Shown here piece after piece: positions 9,023 to 18,827 of a DNA stretch of 59,907 nt. The notes under the pieces were generated by a model that was not told where the DNA came from, ran no database searches, and was given only the letters and a program-made list of their open reading frames with translations. Each line of letters opens with the position of its first letter. Position 1 is the first letter of the stretch. The position numbers and the translations under genes were made by a program. This DNA is from a virus (Duplodnaviria > Caudoviricetes): positions 1-59,907 of IMG/VR virus record IMGVR_UViG_3300033141_002124; one strand, 5' to 3'.

Positions 9023-9451
9023 TTAAACAATCTCAAGAATATTTTTTTCGAGATTAATTGATTTGTCATATATATTATAAATTTCGATGAGGATATTTAT
9101 TAAATTTTTGTTCCTTTGTTTATCGATTTCAAAAATATTCTTCCAGAATTTTTCAAAATGTTGAAAACTGGTATCCTGATTATTCGTTGTTTTATAAAAT
9201 TGATGGTAGTAATATGCGTAATAATATTTTTTTAATTCTTCATTATTTGTGAAATCCAGACCTTCTTCAAGAAATTCATCACAAACTTTTTTAAAACACC
9301 ATTTAAAATGGTTGTAAATGTCTTGGTCAGCACTAAGTGTTTCTTTATCAATATAGTATTTGTGAATATAGAATAGCAGGGTTAGGGCGAAATCTCTATA
9401 AATTTCAACCCTATCCTTAACAATACTATGTTTCTTTTCACTTGTTCTCAT
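9023..9451 (-). CDS. Hypothetical protein (aromatic-rich)
   Basis: 142-aa ORF directly downstream of amidase. Confidence 0.65.
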   Translation of the reverse strand: MRTSEKKHSIVKDRVEIYRDFALTLLFYIHKYYIDKETLSADQDIYNHFKWCFKKVCDEFLEEGLDFTNNEELKKYYYAYYYHQFYKTTNNQDTSFQHFEKFWKNIFEIDKQRNKNLINILIEIYNIYDKSINLEKNILEIV

Positions 9452-9454
9452 TTT

Positions 9455-10198
9455 TTATTTCAACGACTTCAACATTTCAACTAACTCAGGTTGTGGATGA
9501 CAATCACTCTTATCTTTTCTATAACTAACATGTGTCCAAACACCTTCTTCACCATTCATTGCATTTTCACTATAATCCCACATATCTTCTTTGTAATCAA
9601 GAGGAATTTTATATCTTCCATTCCAATAAACAAGTAACTGTCTTACTGTTTCAATCTGAGCATCTGTATATTTTTCAAATCCATAGAAACCACGGAAACC
9701 CTGTTCGTAAACCTGAACATTTTGAATCGGTGCTACTCTGGTATTTGCCACCATTTTCTTGAGACCTTTATCCCATTTTGCTGGATACCATAAACGATTG
9801 GTTCTAACTAACCCACCCCAAGCATCGATTTCAATACCAATAGTTTCTTGATTTAATTTTTTATTATTTGAAGTTTTCAATCCAAGATGATACGCCCAAT
9901 ATTTACTACCGAAACACTGGTAAATTTTACCATCCCAACCAACTATAATTGCAGTTCCTACTCTGTCAGCAGTTTGTCTCCACCAAGCAATATCACCATT
10001 AACACCTTGTCCACTAACAGTGTGATGAAGAACGATTTGTTTTTTATCATATGATTCCCTGATGTATTGATTTTCAGGGAGAGTAACACTTATGATTTCT
10101 TTAAGATTTAATTTCTTTAAAACCTTCTGTTCTTTCAGCAATTCTTTTTTGGCTGTTGCGGGAGTGACTGGTTTATTGAATATTTTCATGATACACAT
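9455..10198 (-). CDS. N-acetylmuramoyl-L-alanine amidase (Amidase_2), probable endolysin
   Basis: IVLHHT, AYHLG, N..TIGIEI, WTH....K.DC.P motifs. Confidence 0.88.
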   Translation of the reverse strand: MCIMKIFNKPVTPATAKKELLKEQKVLKKLNLKEIISVTLPENQYIRESYDKKQIVLHHTVSGQGVNGDIAWWRQTADRVGTAIIVGWDGKIYQCFGSKYWAYHLGLKTSNNKKLNQETIGIEIDAWGGLVRTNRLWYPAKWDKGLKKMVANTRVAPIQNVQVYEQGFRGFYGFEKYTDAQIETVRQLLVYWNGRYKIPLDYKEDMWDYSENAMNGEEGVWTHVSYRKDKSDCHPQPELVEMLKSLK

Positions 10199-10202
10199 TT
10201 TC

Positions 10203-10213
10203 TAATAAATACT
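10203..10213 (-). promoter_or_regulatory. Late-type motif AGTATTTATTA
   Basis: Upstream of amidase start. Confidence 0.55.
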
Positions 10214-10223
10214 ATATTAAATA

Positions 10224-10257
10224 AAAACGGGGTGCTGTACTTACAACACCCCGTTTT
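10224..10257 (-). terminator. Rho-independent terminator
   Basis: AAAACGGGGTG...CACCCCGTTTT inverted repeat. Confidence 0.8.
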
Positions 10258-10274
10258 AACTGACAATATCCTAA

Positions 10275-10643
10275 TTATGGATAAAATTTTCTCACAAGTG
10301 TATTATATTCTGATTTCGATATCCCCAATATTTTCTGAACTCTTTTAAGTCTGCGATTATTAAGAAGTACAGCACTTAATAAATAAAAAACAAGTATTGC
10401 AAGTATAATCGAATAAATGATTGTTGGTATTGCAATGAACGTCCATGATGCATTGAATACTGTTCCAAAGAAACCCAAAAGGAATAGACCAAGTAAAATG
10501 AATGTCAAGTGATTACGAAGACTCATATATTCTTTCTCAGTTTCTTTCGAGAAATACTTAAATGCAAATTTAATCCAACCACTTGGAAGATGCTTTTTAT
10601 AGGCAGTATCAAATTGTCTCTTAGTTACTTTAGTTTCTGCCAT
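10275..10643 (-). CDS. Two-TM membrane protein (holin candidate)
   Basis: Two TM helices, basic C-terminus, adjacent to amidase. Confidence 0.5.
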   Translation of the reverse strand: MAETKVTKRQFDTAYKKHLPSGWIKFAFKYFSKETEKEYMSLRNHLTFILLGLFLLGFFGTVFNASWTFIAIPTIIYSIILAILVFYLLSAVLLNNRRLKRVQKILGISKSEYNTLVRKFYP

Positions 10644-13600
10644 TAGAATTTACGATTTTTCTTTACGTTCTTAGTATCAATATATGCTTCTGGTTTGTAA
10701 CCAAGTAAGTGCTTCATTTTATCCATTTGCTCGTTCATAACAGGCTTTTCTTCTTTCACTTTGCCTTCGTTAAGATTTTGAGCAGGAGTCTGAACAACAA
10801 AAACTTGTTTTCCATCAGTATAGAACTTATCCCTGTTAATTGTGCTAACAACACCTTCATTAACAACAACTTTCTTATCAACAGTCTTACTCATGTAAGT
10901 GTTTCCAAGACCAGCAAAACTTAGTTTCATGGCTTCGTCAATTTTTTCGACTTCCTTTACTTCATTCAATCTGAATTCAATTAAACGTCTCTTACCAAGA
11001 ATATCGATATATCTACCAGTAATCATTGATTCAGCAAGTTTTACATTGCTCCCAAGACCCATTCTTTCGTTCCAAGCAACTTTATCACCTTTTTTCTTAA
11101 CATTCTTATCGAATTGAACTTTTTCAATTCCATCATCAATTGGTTGACTGTCTTTATCATACATAGGCGCATCTTTCTTGAATTCCTTCTGCTTCTCACC
11201 CATCTCAAAGAATTCGCCTTGGTCTGCTTCCATACGGTCAACGAAACGGTCAGCAGGTTCGTTATCATAATTAAGACTATGTTGTCCGTTACGATAAAGA
11301 TTAACTTCTTCTTGTTCCTTTGTTGTTAGGTTACGCTTTGGAATTTGGTCACCATCTTTATTGGTGCTATCACCAACATTTTTAAGTGCTTCATCACCTT
11401 CCATATCGGCAGTTTCGATTTCCTGTTTTTCAATATCCATGCCGAGTTTCTGAGGGTCTTTTGGAACATCCGTTTGTTGGTCTTTCCATTGTAATTCTTT
11501 TTCAACATCAATGATTTCTTTAGTCCCACTGTGTTGTAAGTCTTTTTTGAAATTCTTTGGGTTCTCGCTTCTTAGACGGTCACCTTGAATCATTGAAGGT
11601 GTTTTTTTATCTTCTGCCATTATTTTAAGTTTATCATGGTGAATTGAAAATGCTTCCAATTCATTATTTATTTCTTCAAGCAATTTAATATCAGATTCAT
11701 TTAATCCACTTGTTTGTTGTGCACCCATTGGTACTTCGCTGCTCATGTCGCCAGTTGCTTGTGACTTGTTCGACATTGATGTTCCATTATTTTGTATCAT
11801 AGTTTGCATATCTTCTTTAATATTATTTTCATTAATGTTAAATTCTTCTCTCCATCTTGCATAGTCATATACTAAGTCATGACCAAATTTATATACACCG
11901 ATGTCAATTTTACCATTAGGATACTTAGCGTTAACAAATTGCCATCTGTCACCACCCATTTCAAATTCATTTTCACCACTTCTATCAGATACATACTCAA
12001 CAGTATCATGAAGGCTTAGAAATTCGTTAACCATTTCAGGTTGATTCATCATATTTTCAGGTTTATGCCCCATTTGTCTCATAATTCCTTCTAATGTTTG
12101 ATAAACTTTTTGAATTTGTTGGTTATCCATCAACGGAATGTTGTTCCTAAAACGTTCGGTTTTCTGTGGGTCATAATTAGGACCTGAATTAGCGATACTA
12201 TACATTTTAACGAGATATTCAACATCAGGTTGTCCTAAATTTTCATCAACATGGTCGGGAAGACCTTTATGTTTTGTGCTTGCAAAATCTTCAAGGTCTT
12301 TCTCTGACATACCAGCAGCAATTTTCTTAATAGTATCACTTGCTTCACCATCTAATTCACCTTTTTTATATGCATATGCCATACCCATAAGTTGCTGTTG
12401 TGATTTTGATTTTGCCTCTTCTTGAAGACGTTCTGGTTGACTATGTTTGGCAAGAACAGTACCACTAATATTTTCATTACCAGTTTTAAATGGAGAAACT
12501 ACTTTTCCACCCTTATAGAATGGTTTTTTCACTTCTTTATTTGGACTTGGTTTTGCTATTGCACTACTCACGTTTTTACCAGAAGGCAAATGCTTGCCGT
12601 AGGCACGTTTTTCTTGACCCGGTAATGATATCCTTACTGTGTCTAAATCTTTAAGTTCCTTATCGGTATCAAGTTGTTTTGTAACGTTTTTAATATCGTC
12701 TTTAAAACCAAGTGGAGTATCGTAATAACCGCTACCATCACCTTGTGAGATTGATGAACTTTCAGTAAGTTCATTAAACATTACTTCAAACCCACTTGGG
12801 TCAATGAGATAATTTGATGATTTGTTTCCAATGGTTTCAGCGAGTGCAAAACCAGTTGAAATTGGTTTTGCTTTAGGGTCAACTTTCTTCTTTTTCTTTT
12901 TTCCTTTAAAGTCACCACTTAAGTCGCCCTTACTACTGAATGCAGCTGGTCCTGCATAACCAACATATCCAGCAGCACCACCAGCACTACCAGCACTTGT
13001 CGATTCTTGCATACCATTTAGTACATCAAGATTATACCCAATCCCTTCAAGTTCAGCTTTAAGGTCAGCATACTCTTCAGGACTTGCTTGACGACTTTCT
13101 TTCGCATAATCAGGATGAGCAGCACTGTGTTGTCCAATGTGTGAATATGCAGTACGATATTCTCCATTATGAATTTCTTCTGGAAAATAAGCAAATAAGT
13201 CAGGGTCTTTAGGGTCTCGTGTATTAACCAAGAAAACCACTTTTGTTTGATTACTATCGATTTCTTCTCCAATAACAGATTCATTCTCTGTCGGTTCTAA
13301 TTTTGCAAGACCAGATTGACTCATTTTTTTCTCTCCTTGTTTTTTTAATTGATTAATCCCTGATTTATCACGTCTTTTCTTTTCCTTGGGTATCGCCATT
13401 TTATATTTCTGTAAATATTTTGGACTATTCAGTACATAATCATTGAATATCATATTTTGAATAGTTTCATTATAATGATAACCATATTTTTCTTCACCAT
13501 TCTCAGACATTTCTTCATAGACAGCAGATAATTTAGGGTCACTAAATACCAATGATTCCATTTTAGCCAGACTAAAAATCTTTTTCTTCAGCGACTGTTC

Positions 13601-13750
13601 CACTTCACTTAACATACTATTGACTTCATTTAAATTGCTTTCACGAATAGCGGGAGCATTAGTTTTAATCATAGTTTTTTTAAAGTCTTTCTCAAACTTT
13701 ACTGATTGAGGACTTATAGGGTCTTTATGTGTTGGTTTAATTGTTGCCAT
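10643..13750 (-). CDS. Large modular putative virion head protein with DUF3008-like segment
   Basis: 1035 aa; many (I/L/V/M)-x-E motifs; AKSKSQQQLMGMAYAYKKG...LEDFASTKHKGLP resembles DUF3008. Confidence 0.7.
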   Translation of the reverse strand: MATIKPTHKDPISPQSVKFEKDFKKTMIKTNAPAIRESNLNEVNSMLSEVEQSLKKKIFSLAKMESLVFSDPKLSAVYEEMSENGEEKYGYHYNETIQNMIFNDYVLNSPKYLQKYKMAIPKEKKRRDKSGINQLKKQGEKKMSQSGLAKLEPTENESVIGEEIDSNQTKVVFLVNTRDPKDPDLFAYFPEEIHNGEYRTAYSHIGQHSAAHPDYAKESRQASPEEYADLKAELEGIGYNLDVLNGMQESTSAGSAGGAAGYVGYAGPAAFSSKGDLSGDFKGKKKKKKVDPKAKPISTGFALAETIGNKSSNYLIDPSGFEVMFNELTESSSISQGDGSGYYDTPLGFKDDIKNVTKQLDTDKELKDLDTVRISLPGQEKRAYGKHLPSGKNVSSAIAKPSPNKEVKKPFYKGGKVVSPFKTGNENISGTVLAKHSQPERLQEEAKSKSQQQLMGMAYAYKKGELDGEASDTIKKIAAGMSEKDLEDFASTKHKGLPDHVDENLGQPDVEYLVKMYSIANSGPNYDPQKTERFRNNIPLMDNQQIQKVYQTLEGIMRQMGHKPENMMNQPEMVNEFLSLHDTVEYVSDRSGENEFEMGGDRWQFVNAKYPNGKIDIGVYKFGHDLVYDYARWREEFNINENNIKEDMQTMIQNNGTSMSNKSQATGDMSSEVPMGAQQTSGLNESDIKLLEEINNELEAFSIHHDKLKIMAEDKKTPSMIQGDRLRSENPKNFKKDLQHSGTKEIIDVEKELQWKDQQTDVPKDPQKLGMDIEKQEIETADMEGDEALKNVGDSTNKDGDQIPKRNLTTKEQEEVNLYRNGQHSLNYDNEPADRFVDRMEADQGEFFEMGEKQKEFKKDAPMYDKDSQPIDDGIEKVQFDKNVKKKGDKVAWNERMGLGSNVKLAESMITGRYIDILGKRRLIEFRLNEVKEVEKIDEAMKLSFAGLGNTYMSKTVDKKVVVNEGVVSTINRDKFYTDGKQVFVVQTPAQNLNEGKVKEEKPVMNEQMDKMKHLLGYKPEAYIDTKNVKKNRKF

Positions 13751-13956
13751 TACCTAATATCGGTTTTCCAAAAATCTCTTTTCTGCCATAACACCTTATA
13801 AACAGCCTCGATAGCATTCTTAAGTGTTGAAATCAATTCATTCCTTGTTTGACTACCTGATTTAGCCATAATTTTCTTAATTTCCTTATCCAGAGAATCA
13901 TTAACGAATTTAGTTATCTCGTCATTAACAATCTGTTTAACATCTTGTTTATTCAT
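13750..13956 (-). CDS. Small putative virion protein
   Basis: 68 aa, QIVNDEITKF motif; late motif upstream; coupled to 1035-aa gene. Confidence 0.65.
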   Translation of the reverse strand: MNKQDVKQIVNDEITKFVNDSLDKEIKKIMAKSGSQTRNELISTLKNAIEAVYKVLWQKRDFWKTDIR

Positions 13957-13975
13957 ATTGTGCTTGTCAGTTGTT

Positions 13976-13985
13976 TATAAATACT
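13976..13985 (-). promoter_or_regulatory. Late-type motif AGTATTTATA
   Basis: Exact motif 19 nt upstream of ATG 13956. Confidence 0.65.
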
Positions 13986-14012
13986 TAACGAATACAAAAA
14001 ATTGACTTAATG

Positions 14013-14041
14013 AAAAAAAGCGCATAAGTTTAATTATGCGC
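14013..14041 (-). terminator. Rho-independent terminator
   Basis: GCGCATAA/TTATGCGC stem plus T-tract on minus strand. Confidence 0.7.
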
Positions 14042-14081
14042 CTTGTTACTATATTAAACAGTCCACCTCTTAGGGTGTATA

Positions 14082-14870
14082 TTATTTCATTAATAAATAT
14101 GTACCACCAGCACCCACAACAACACCACCTGCAACAAATCCTACAACCTTTCCGTTCTTAGTAAACCATTGACCAACCTTCTGCCAACCAGTTGGATTAA
14201 TCACTTCTTTATCGAGTCTGGGAATTGCATAACTATTAATATCATAAGTCTTAAAATACTTATTTGAATTACTAACACTAAACTCGATAGGATAGCCTTC
14301 TTTCTTCTTATTTTTCCAATGGAATTCCACAAATTGTGTGTTTGGCATCATTAAATAATTAAATAATATTGTTGGTTTCAATTTAGAACTTGCTGCCATT
14401 GCTTTCCCAATTTGAATATCGTAAACCAGAAATTCTGTGGTATCAGTAAATGTGATTGTGCTATCTTCTGGGTTAACGGCAACAAATCCAGCACCTTTTA
14501 ATGAATCAATAATTACACGTGCATCAATAAGTGCTGCTGTAATTATTGTATTCTCCTTATCTGCTGCCTTTACACGTGCCAATAATTCTTGTTGAGAAGC
14601 AGTTAGGTCATCACGTATCTTCTCCAAGTCCTTTACTGTGGTCTGTAACGTTAGTTTTTCAGCAACCACTTCACCATATTGATTCTTCGTGAAAGTAACT
14701 GTGTCGATTAAAGCATTCTTCAGTTTGACTTCAGTTTGGTATTTATTTTTCCATTCCTTGACATTATTACGTTGAATCGAAATGAATATTCCACCAACTA
14801 ATAATAATAAAATCGCCAAAGCAATCGCCCAACGATTATTTTTTGCTAAGAATTCCAATATACCTTTCAT
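14082..14870 (-). CDS. Membrane-anchored coiled-coil protein (spanin-like candidate)
   Basis: N-terminal TM, long coiled coil, C-terminal Gly-rich hydrophobic tail. Confidence 0.55.
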   Translation of the reverse strand: MKGILEFLAKNNRWAIALAILLLLVGGIFISIQRNNVKEWKNKYQTEVKLKNALIDTVTFTKNQYGEVVAEKLTLQTTVKDLEKIRDDLTASQQELLARVKAADKENTIITAALIDARVIIDSLKGAGFVAVNPEDSTITFTDTTEFLVYDIQIGKAMAASSKLKPTILFNYLMMPNTQFVEFHWKNKKKEGYPIEFSVSNSNKYFKTYDINSYAIPRLDKEVINPTGWQKVGQWFTKNGKVVGFVAGGVVVGAGGTYLLMK

Positions 14871-14875
14871 AATTT

Positions 14876-15694
14876 TTATTTTTCGTCATTTGTTGCACTA
14901 TTGGCAGTCATGACATTATCTCGCCAATATTTATAGAAGCTATCGAAATACGATTCGATTCTACCTGTAATTTCTTCATTTTCTGGATTGTCTGGTGAAA
15001 AATCTTCGAGATAATTGAACTCAACCCCCGATGTACTTTCATCTGGTGTTACTTTATAAATGAATTGAATAACACCGTCAATTGTCCCACCCCAGAAAAT
15101 TAAATTATCATAAATTTCCAAATCAATTAATTTGATACTGACGTTCATGTCATTGAAAAAGTTTCTGAATTTTTCTTCTTCAATACTTTGGTCGTAAACA
15201 GTTTCTTTATTTTCAACATTTTCACTTACAACTCTACTAAATTTAGTTAACATGCTGTGAAAATAATTCTGCACATCTTCACCAGTAACATCCAATCCTT
15301 TAACATTTTTAAGATATTCTGCGATTAAATCTCGTGCTGATGAAAGAGCTAATTGTAATACACCAGAAGGTTTAAAATTAACTCTTTTAATTTTCAAGAA
15401 ATTTTCATATGCTTGCGCCAGTTTATTAAATTCTAAATCAGCAGCCAAACTATTATATCTTGATTTAATTAATTCTTCACCAGTTAGATTTGAAGTGTCT
15501 CTGGGTTCAACAACACGTTCATTTACGTTCTCATTGATGCTGCGAGTAATTTTTAACATATCACGCATATTAAGGTCTTTCTTTGGTTCTTGAGATTCGT
15601 TTGCAACAAAACCACCTTTACGAACCCTTTTCATGAATTCCCTCATTTGAATAGGTGAAGTTTTACTATTTATGTCATTTTCTTTGTTGTCCAT
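14876..15694 (-). CDS. Putative virion head protein
   Basis: 272 aa; ANES/INEN/VSEN motifs; late motif upstream. Confidence 0.6.
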   Translation of the reverse strand: MDNKENDINSKTSPIQMREFMKRVRKGGFVANESQEPKKDLNMRDMLKITRSINENVNERVVEPRDTSNLTGEELIKSRYNSLAADLEFNKLAQAYENFLKIKRVNFKPSGVLQLALSSARDLIAEYLKNVKGLDVTGEDVQNYFHSMLTKFSRVVSENVENKETVYDQSIEEEKFRNFFNDMNVSIKLIDLEIYDNLIFWGGTIDGVIQFIYKVTPDESTSGVEFNYLEDFSPDNPENEEITGRIESYFDSFYKYWRDNVMTANSATNDEK

Positions 15695-15704
15695 GTTTTT
15701 TTAA

Positions 15705-15713
15705 TATAAATAC
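15705..15713 (-). promoter_or_regulatory. Late-type motif GTATTTATA
   Basis: 10 nt upstream of ATG 15694. Confidence 0.65.
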
Positions 15714-15720
15714 AAATTAT

Positions 15721-16338
15721 TTAGTCAAGCATTTCATGACGTTCTTCAACCAACTTATCGAGCAGTTCTTCGAGCCATTTCCAGCAATTCTTTTTATCGG
15801 CATCTGTGATTCTCGCTTCCTTTTCTTCTTCCTTACTAAGTTCACTGTTTTGGTATGCGTGCCAATCATATTTCCCGCTATCACTTTCACCCTTCACGAG
15901 TTTATTTCCTGCTTCAACTGGTGGAATTAGAATGTATTTATGTCCACTACCAATTAAATCACCATTTTCATTCCCCACATCCCAAACAAATTCAGGATTT
16001 TTAGCGTACTTGTTACTAATAAGTCCATAGTTGTGAGTGAATTCGATTCTGAAATAAATCACACCCATTTCCCAATCACCACCAGCAACATGCATATCAA
16101 CATTGAATTCGTCCTTAACAGGTTGGTCTTTTCTTAGCATTACATTAGCGAAAAAAGTTTTCTTTCCAACACTTTCATCGTTTTCAAAATCAAAATTAAT
16201 ACGTTGAAATTCCTGACCTCGTGTTTTCGGGTCAAGCCAAGCGTCTTCCTGAACCGAGTTATAATCAAATATCTCTTGCTTCTTATCTCGATTGATTACA
16301 GAGAGTTCTTCGTTAATTATTTGAACGATTCTATTCAT
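15721..16338 (-). CDS. Hypothetical putative virion protein
   Basis: N-terminal QIINEEL motif; late motif upstream. Confidence 0.6.
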   Translation of the reverse strand: MNRIVQIINEELSVINRDKKQEIFDYNSVQEDAWLDPKTRGQEFQRINFDFENDESVGKKTFFANVMLRKDQPVKDEFNVDMHVAGGDWEMGVIYFRIEFTHNYGLISNKYAKNPEFVWDVGNENGDLIGSGHKYILIPPVEAGNKLVKGESDSGKYDWHAYQNSELSKEEEKEARITDADKKNCWKWLEELLDKLVEERHEMLD

Positions 16339-16341
16339 ATT

Positions 16342-16351
16342 TATAAATACT
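16342..16351 (-). promoter_or_regulatory. Late-type motif AGTATTTATA
   Basis: 3 nt upstream of ATG 16338. Confidence 0.6.
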
Positions 16352-16965
16352 TAAGTAATATCGTTATTCAACATTTTGTCTAATCGGGATATCTCAAGTA
16401 ATGCGTTCATATCACTACTGTCTTCAATATAGTTGCCCCTGAATACAATTCCCCTAAATTTATTGGTTTGTTTATGATAATGATTAAATTCCATAAATTT
16501 TTTAGGAATATTGTGTTTCTCACATAATTCACCACATAATAATATTAAACTTTTCAGTTGCACATCAGGAAAACTTTCCCAAAAATCATAACCAAGCCAT
16601 TCTCTTTCAACAACATTTTCTTCCTCACAAACCTCATTCAACCAGTTGATATGCTTGCCATTTGCAATTTGAAATACAGCACCCATATTTTCTAATACGA
16701 TTGATATACTGCATTTATCCCCTTCTTTAATACCAAGAAAGTCGGTATGATATTTATCATCATAATGTTGATATACATTACCATCACGACTAATTGTATA
16801 TGTGTTCCATTTCTTAGTTCTACCATAATCCTTATGTTGGAGTCTGGTAATATGATGATTATCTTTCCTAAGACTCACTCCAATAACAATCTGGGTCTTA
16901 GCACTTTTCGTCTTATAACGATTCTCTTGTTTTATTTTATATGTTTCCCTGTCTATGTGCATCAT
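16351..16965 (-). CDS. Amidase_2-like protein lacking Zn ligands
   Basis: Parallels 9455..10198 (QIV, DG.VYQ.Y, SISIVLEN, Q...L..L), but HHT is replaced by GVS and WTH by FRG. Confidence 0.65.
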   Translation of the reverse strand: MMHIDRETYKIKQENRYKTKSAKTQIVIGVSLRKDNHHITRLQHKDYGRTKKWNTYTISRDGNVYQHYDDKYHTDFLGIKEGDKCSISIVLENMGAVFQIANGKHINWLNEVCEEENVVEREWLGYDFWESFPDVQLKSLILLCGELCEKHNIPKKFMEFNHYHKQTNKFRGIVFRGNYIEDSSDMNALLEISRLDKMLNNDIT

Positions 16966-17488
16966 AATTCATGTAAATCACTTCTACATTGCCTTCACGT
17001 AAAATAGTTTTAGCTCTTTTAAATTTTTCACCCCATTTAGGGTCATCCCAATCTGGTTCTTTGTCACAGAACACCCTTTTAATTCCTGCCTGAACAATAA
17101 ATCCTGAACACTGGTCGCACGGACACCAATTAATATACATGTCACATCCCAATGTACTCTTACCTTGTCTTGCTGCATTAAATATTGCATTGGGTTCTGC
17201 GTGAATGAACCAATTATATTTTTCTGGTCTTTCGTGTCTTTCGGGAGCATCATCATTACATCCTCTTGGTAATCCATTAAAACCAGTTGTTACAATCTCT
17301 CTACCATTAACAATAAGGCAACCAACTTTACTTGATTGGTCTTTCGACCATTGTGCTACTTCAAGGTCAGCTATTCTCATGAAACGCAAATCCCATTTCG
17401 TTATGATGTAAGGAGAAACATACACATAATTGGTTTCTCTTTTTGCTTCTTTACCAACAATACTGTTTTTAATTATTTCAGTTTCCAT
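16937..17488 (-). CDS. dCMP deaminase
   Basis: SKD...KVG, GFNG.PRG, HAE.NA, PCxxC zinc motifs. Confidence 0.92.
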   Translation of the reverse strand: METEIIKNSIVGKEAKRETNYVYVSPYIITKWDLRFMRIADLEVAQWSKDQSSKVGCLIVNGREIVTTGFNGLPRGCNDDAPERHERPEKYNWFIHAEPNAIFNAARQGKSTLGCDMYINWCPCDQCSGFIVQAGIKRVFCDKEPDWDDPKWGEKFKRAKTILREGNVEVIYMNYDAHRQGNI

Positions 17489-17637
17489 AATCTATCTTTT
17501 TTCAATTTTTCTGCTTGTTCAATTAATTCTTCAATTTCTTCAATGTCATACTTATCATCAACATCGAGTTCAGCAAGCTCATTAACAATTGTTAATGCTT
17601 TTTTAATTAAGTCCGCTTTTTGTTCGTTTTCAGTCAT
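17473..17637 (-). CDS. Small acidic hypothetical protein (54 aa, not in ORF track)
   Basis: Read manually: MTENEQKADLIKKAL...DRLWKLK*; fills the gap with overlapping starts/stops. Confidence 0.6.
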   Translation of the reverse strand: MTENEQKADLIKKALTIVNELAELDVDDKYDIEEIEELIEQAEKLKKDRLWKLK

Positions 17638-18788
17638 TATTTAATATTTTCAAGTACACGATATGAGTCGTCATAATTATCGACCAACTCAAGTGCTTCA
17701 CTAAATGTCACATTAATTAATCTACGCTTACCATGTGTCGTAAAGATAGATAATCTATCCATGTCACGCAAGAACTCTTCAACAAATTTATTGGAGTTCT
17801 GTATATTTGTTTTATCAGCAACCGCTTCCTTCAGTATCAACCCACTCATAACCTTATCACCAGTGGTAAGTTCACCATCATTAAAAACAAATGTTACAAG
17901 TGCTTTATACCTATCTTTTTTCTGATACATTTTCTCAAACTTCTCTTGATTAATCATATATAGGGTGTATTCGTAATATTCTCGGAAATACAATCCACCG
18001 ATAATAAGAACTTCATTGAAACAAACAATGATGATAAATAGAAAAATGTTTTTGCTGTCCTCGGTTTCATTATCTGATTTAGTTTCAGCGAATTCAACAT
18101 TATAATCACCAATCTTCTGTTGTAGTTTGGCATTAATAACATCAATCTTTGCATCATTTTCCCTGATAAGTTCGGTGTTTTTATCAATATTGTCTTGATA
18201 CTCTTTCCTAATTGTTCTATAAGTAACAGGTGTTTCAGCAAGTTTTTCACGTAAATCTGTACTAACCGCCCTTAAAGATATGTTATCAATAACATATGGT
18301 TGTTTCTGTATATCATAAATTGATACAAGACTGTCAGATTTTGATATCACTTCGGTCTGCACAATAGCATTTTTTATCGAACTCGTGCTTGCAAGATTCT
18401 TTGAACCACTAATCGATAAGTAGAAACTCAGTACAACAATCGCAATTGAGGTAACCGACCACCCGAATATCTTAAAGTTTAATTTTCTTTTATTGATTAC
18501 GTAATCATTACTGAAATTTCGAATCAAATATCTTTTAATAATTTCAAATATTGATAGAATCATTAGTGTTAGACCACCCGCAAGTACTAATGCACCTGTT
18601 CCAGTGATGAAGTTCAATGTTATTGCTTTCAATAGTGCTGGGTAAACTAAGAAGAATGCGAAGAAAATGGAACTAATATTTCCAAGAAACGAAAAATTCC
18701 ATAACCATTTATCCAGTCCCTTATTGTTACCTTCAAAATCTTTGGTTTCGATTTTGTGTCTTAATTTGTCATATTTTTTTGTATCCAT
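17637..18788 (-). CDS. Multi-pass membrane protein with coiled coil
   Basis: Three N-terminal TMs, coiled coil, fourth TM; ATG 18788. Confidence 0.7.
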   Translation of the reverse strand: MDTKKYDKLRHKIETKDFEGNNKGLDKWLWNFSFLGNISSIFFAFFLVYPALLKAITLNFITGTGALVLAGGLTLMILSIFEIIKRYLIRNFSNDYVINKRKLNFKIFGWSVTSIAIVVLSFYLSISGSKNLASTSSIKNAIVQTEVISKSDSLVSIYDIQKQPYVIDNISLRAVSTDLREKLAETPVTYRTIRKEYQDNIDKNTELIRENDAKIDVINAKLQQKIGDYNVEFAETKSDNETEDSKNIFLFIIIVCFNEVLIIGGLYFREYYEYTLYMINQEKFEKMYQKKDRYKALVTFVFNDGELTTGDKVMSGLILKEAVADKTNIQNSNKFVEEFLRDMDRLSIFTTHGKRRLINVTFSEALELVDNYDDSYRVLENIK

Positions 18789-18800
18789 ACGTATTTTTAC

Positions 18801-18815
18801 TTTCAAATAAATACT
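18801..18815 (-). promoter_or_regulatory. Late-type motif variant AGTATTTATTTGAAA
   Basis: Same 15-mer occurs at 45653-45667. Confidence 0.5.
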
Positions 18816-18827
18816 GAAAAATATGTT

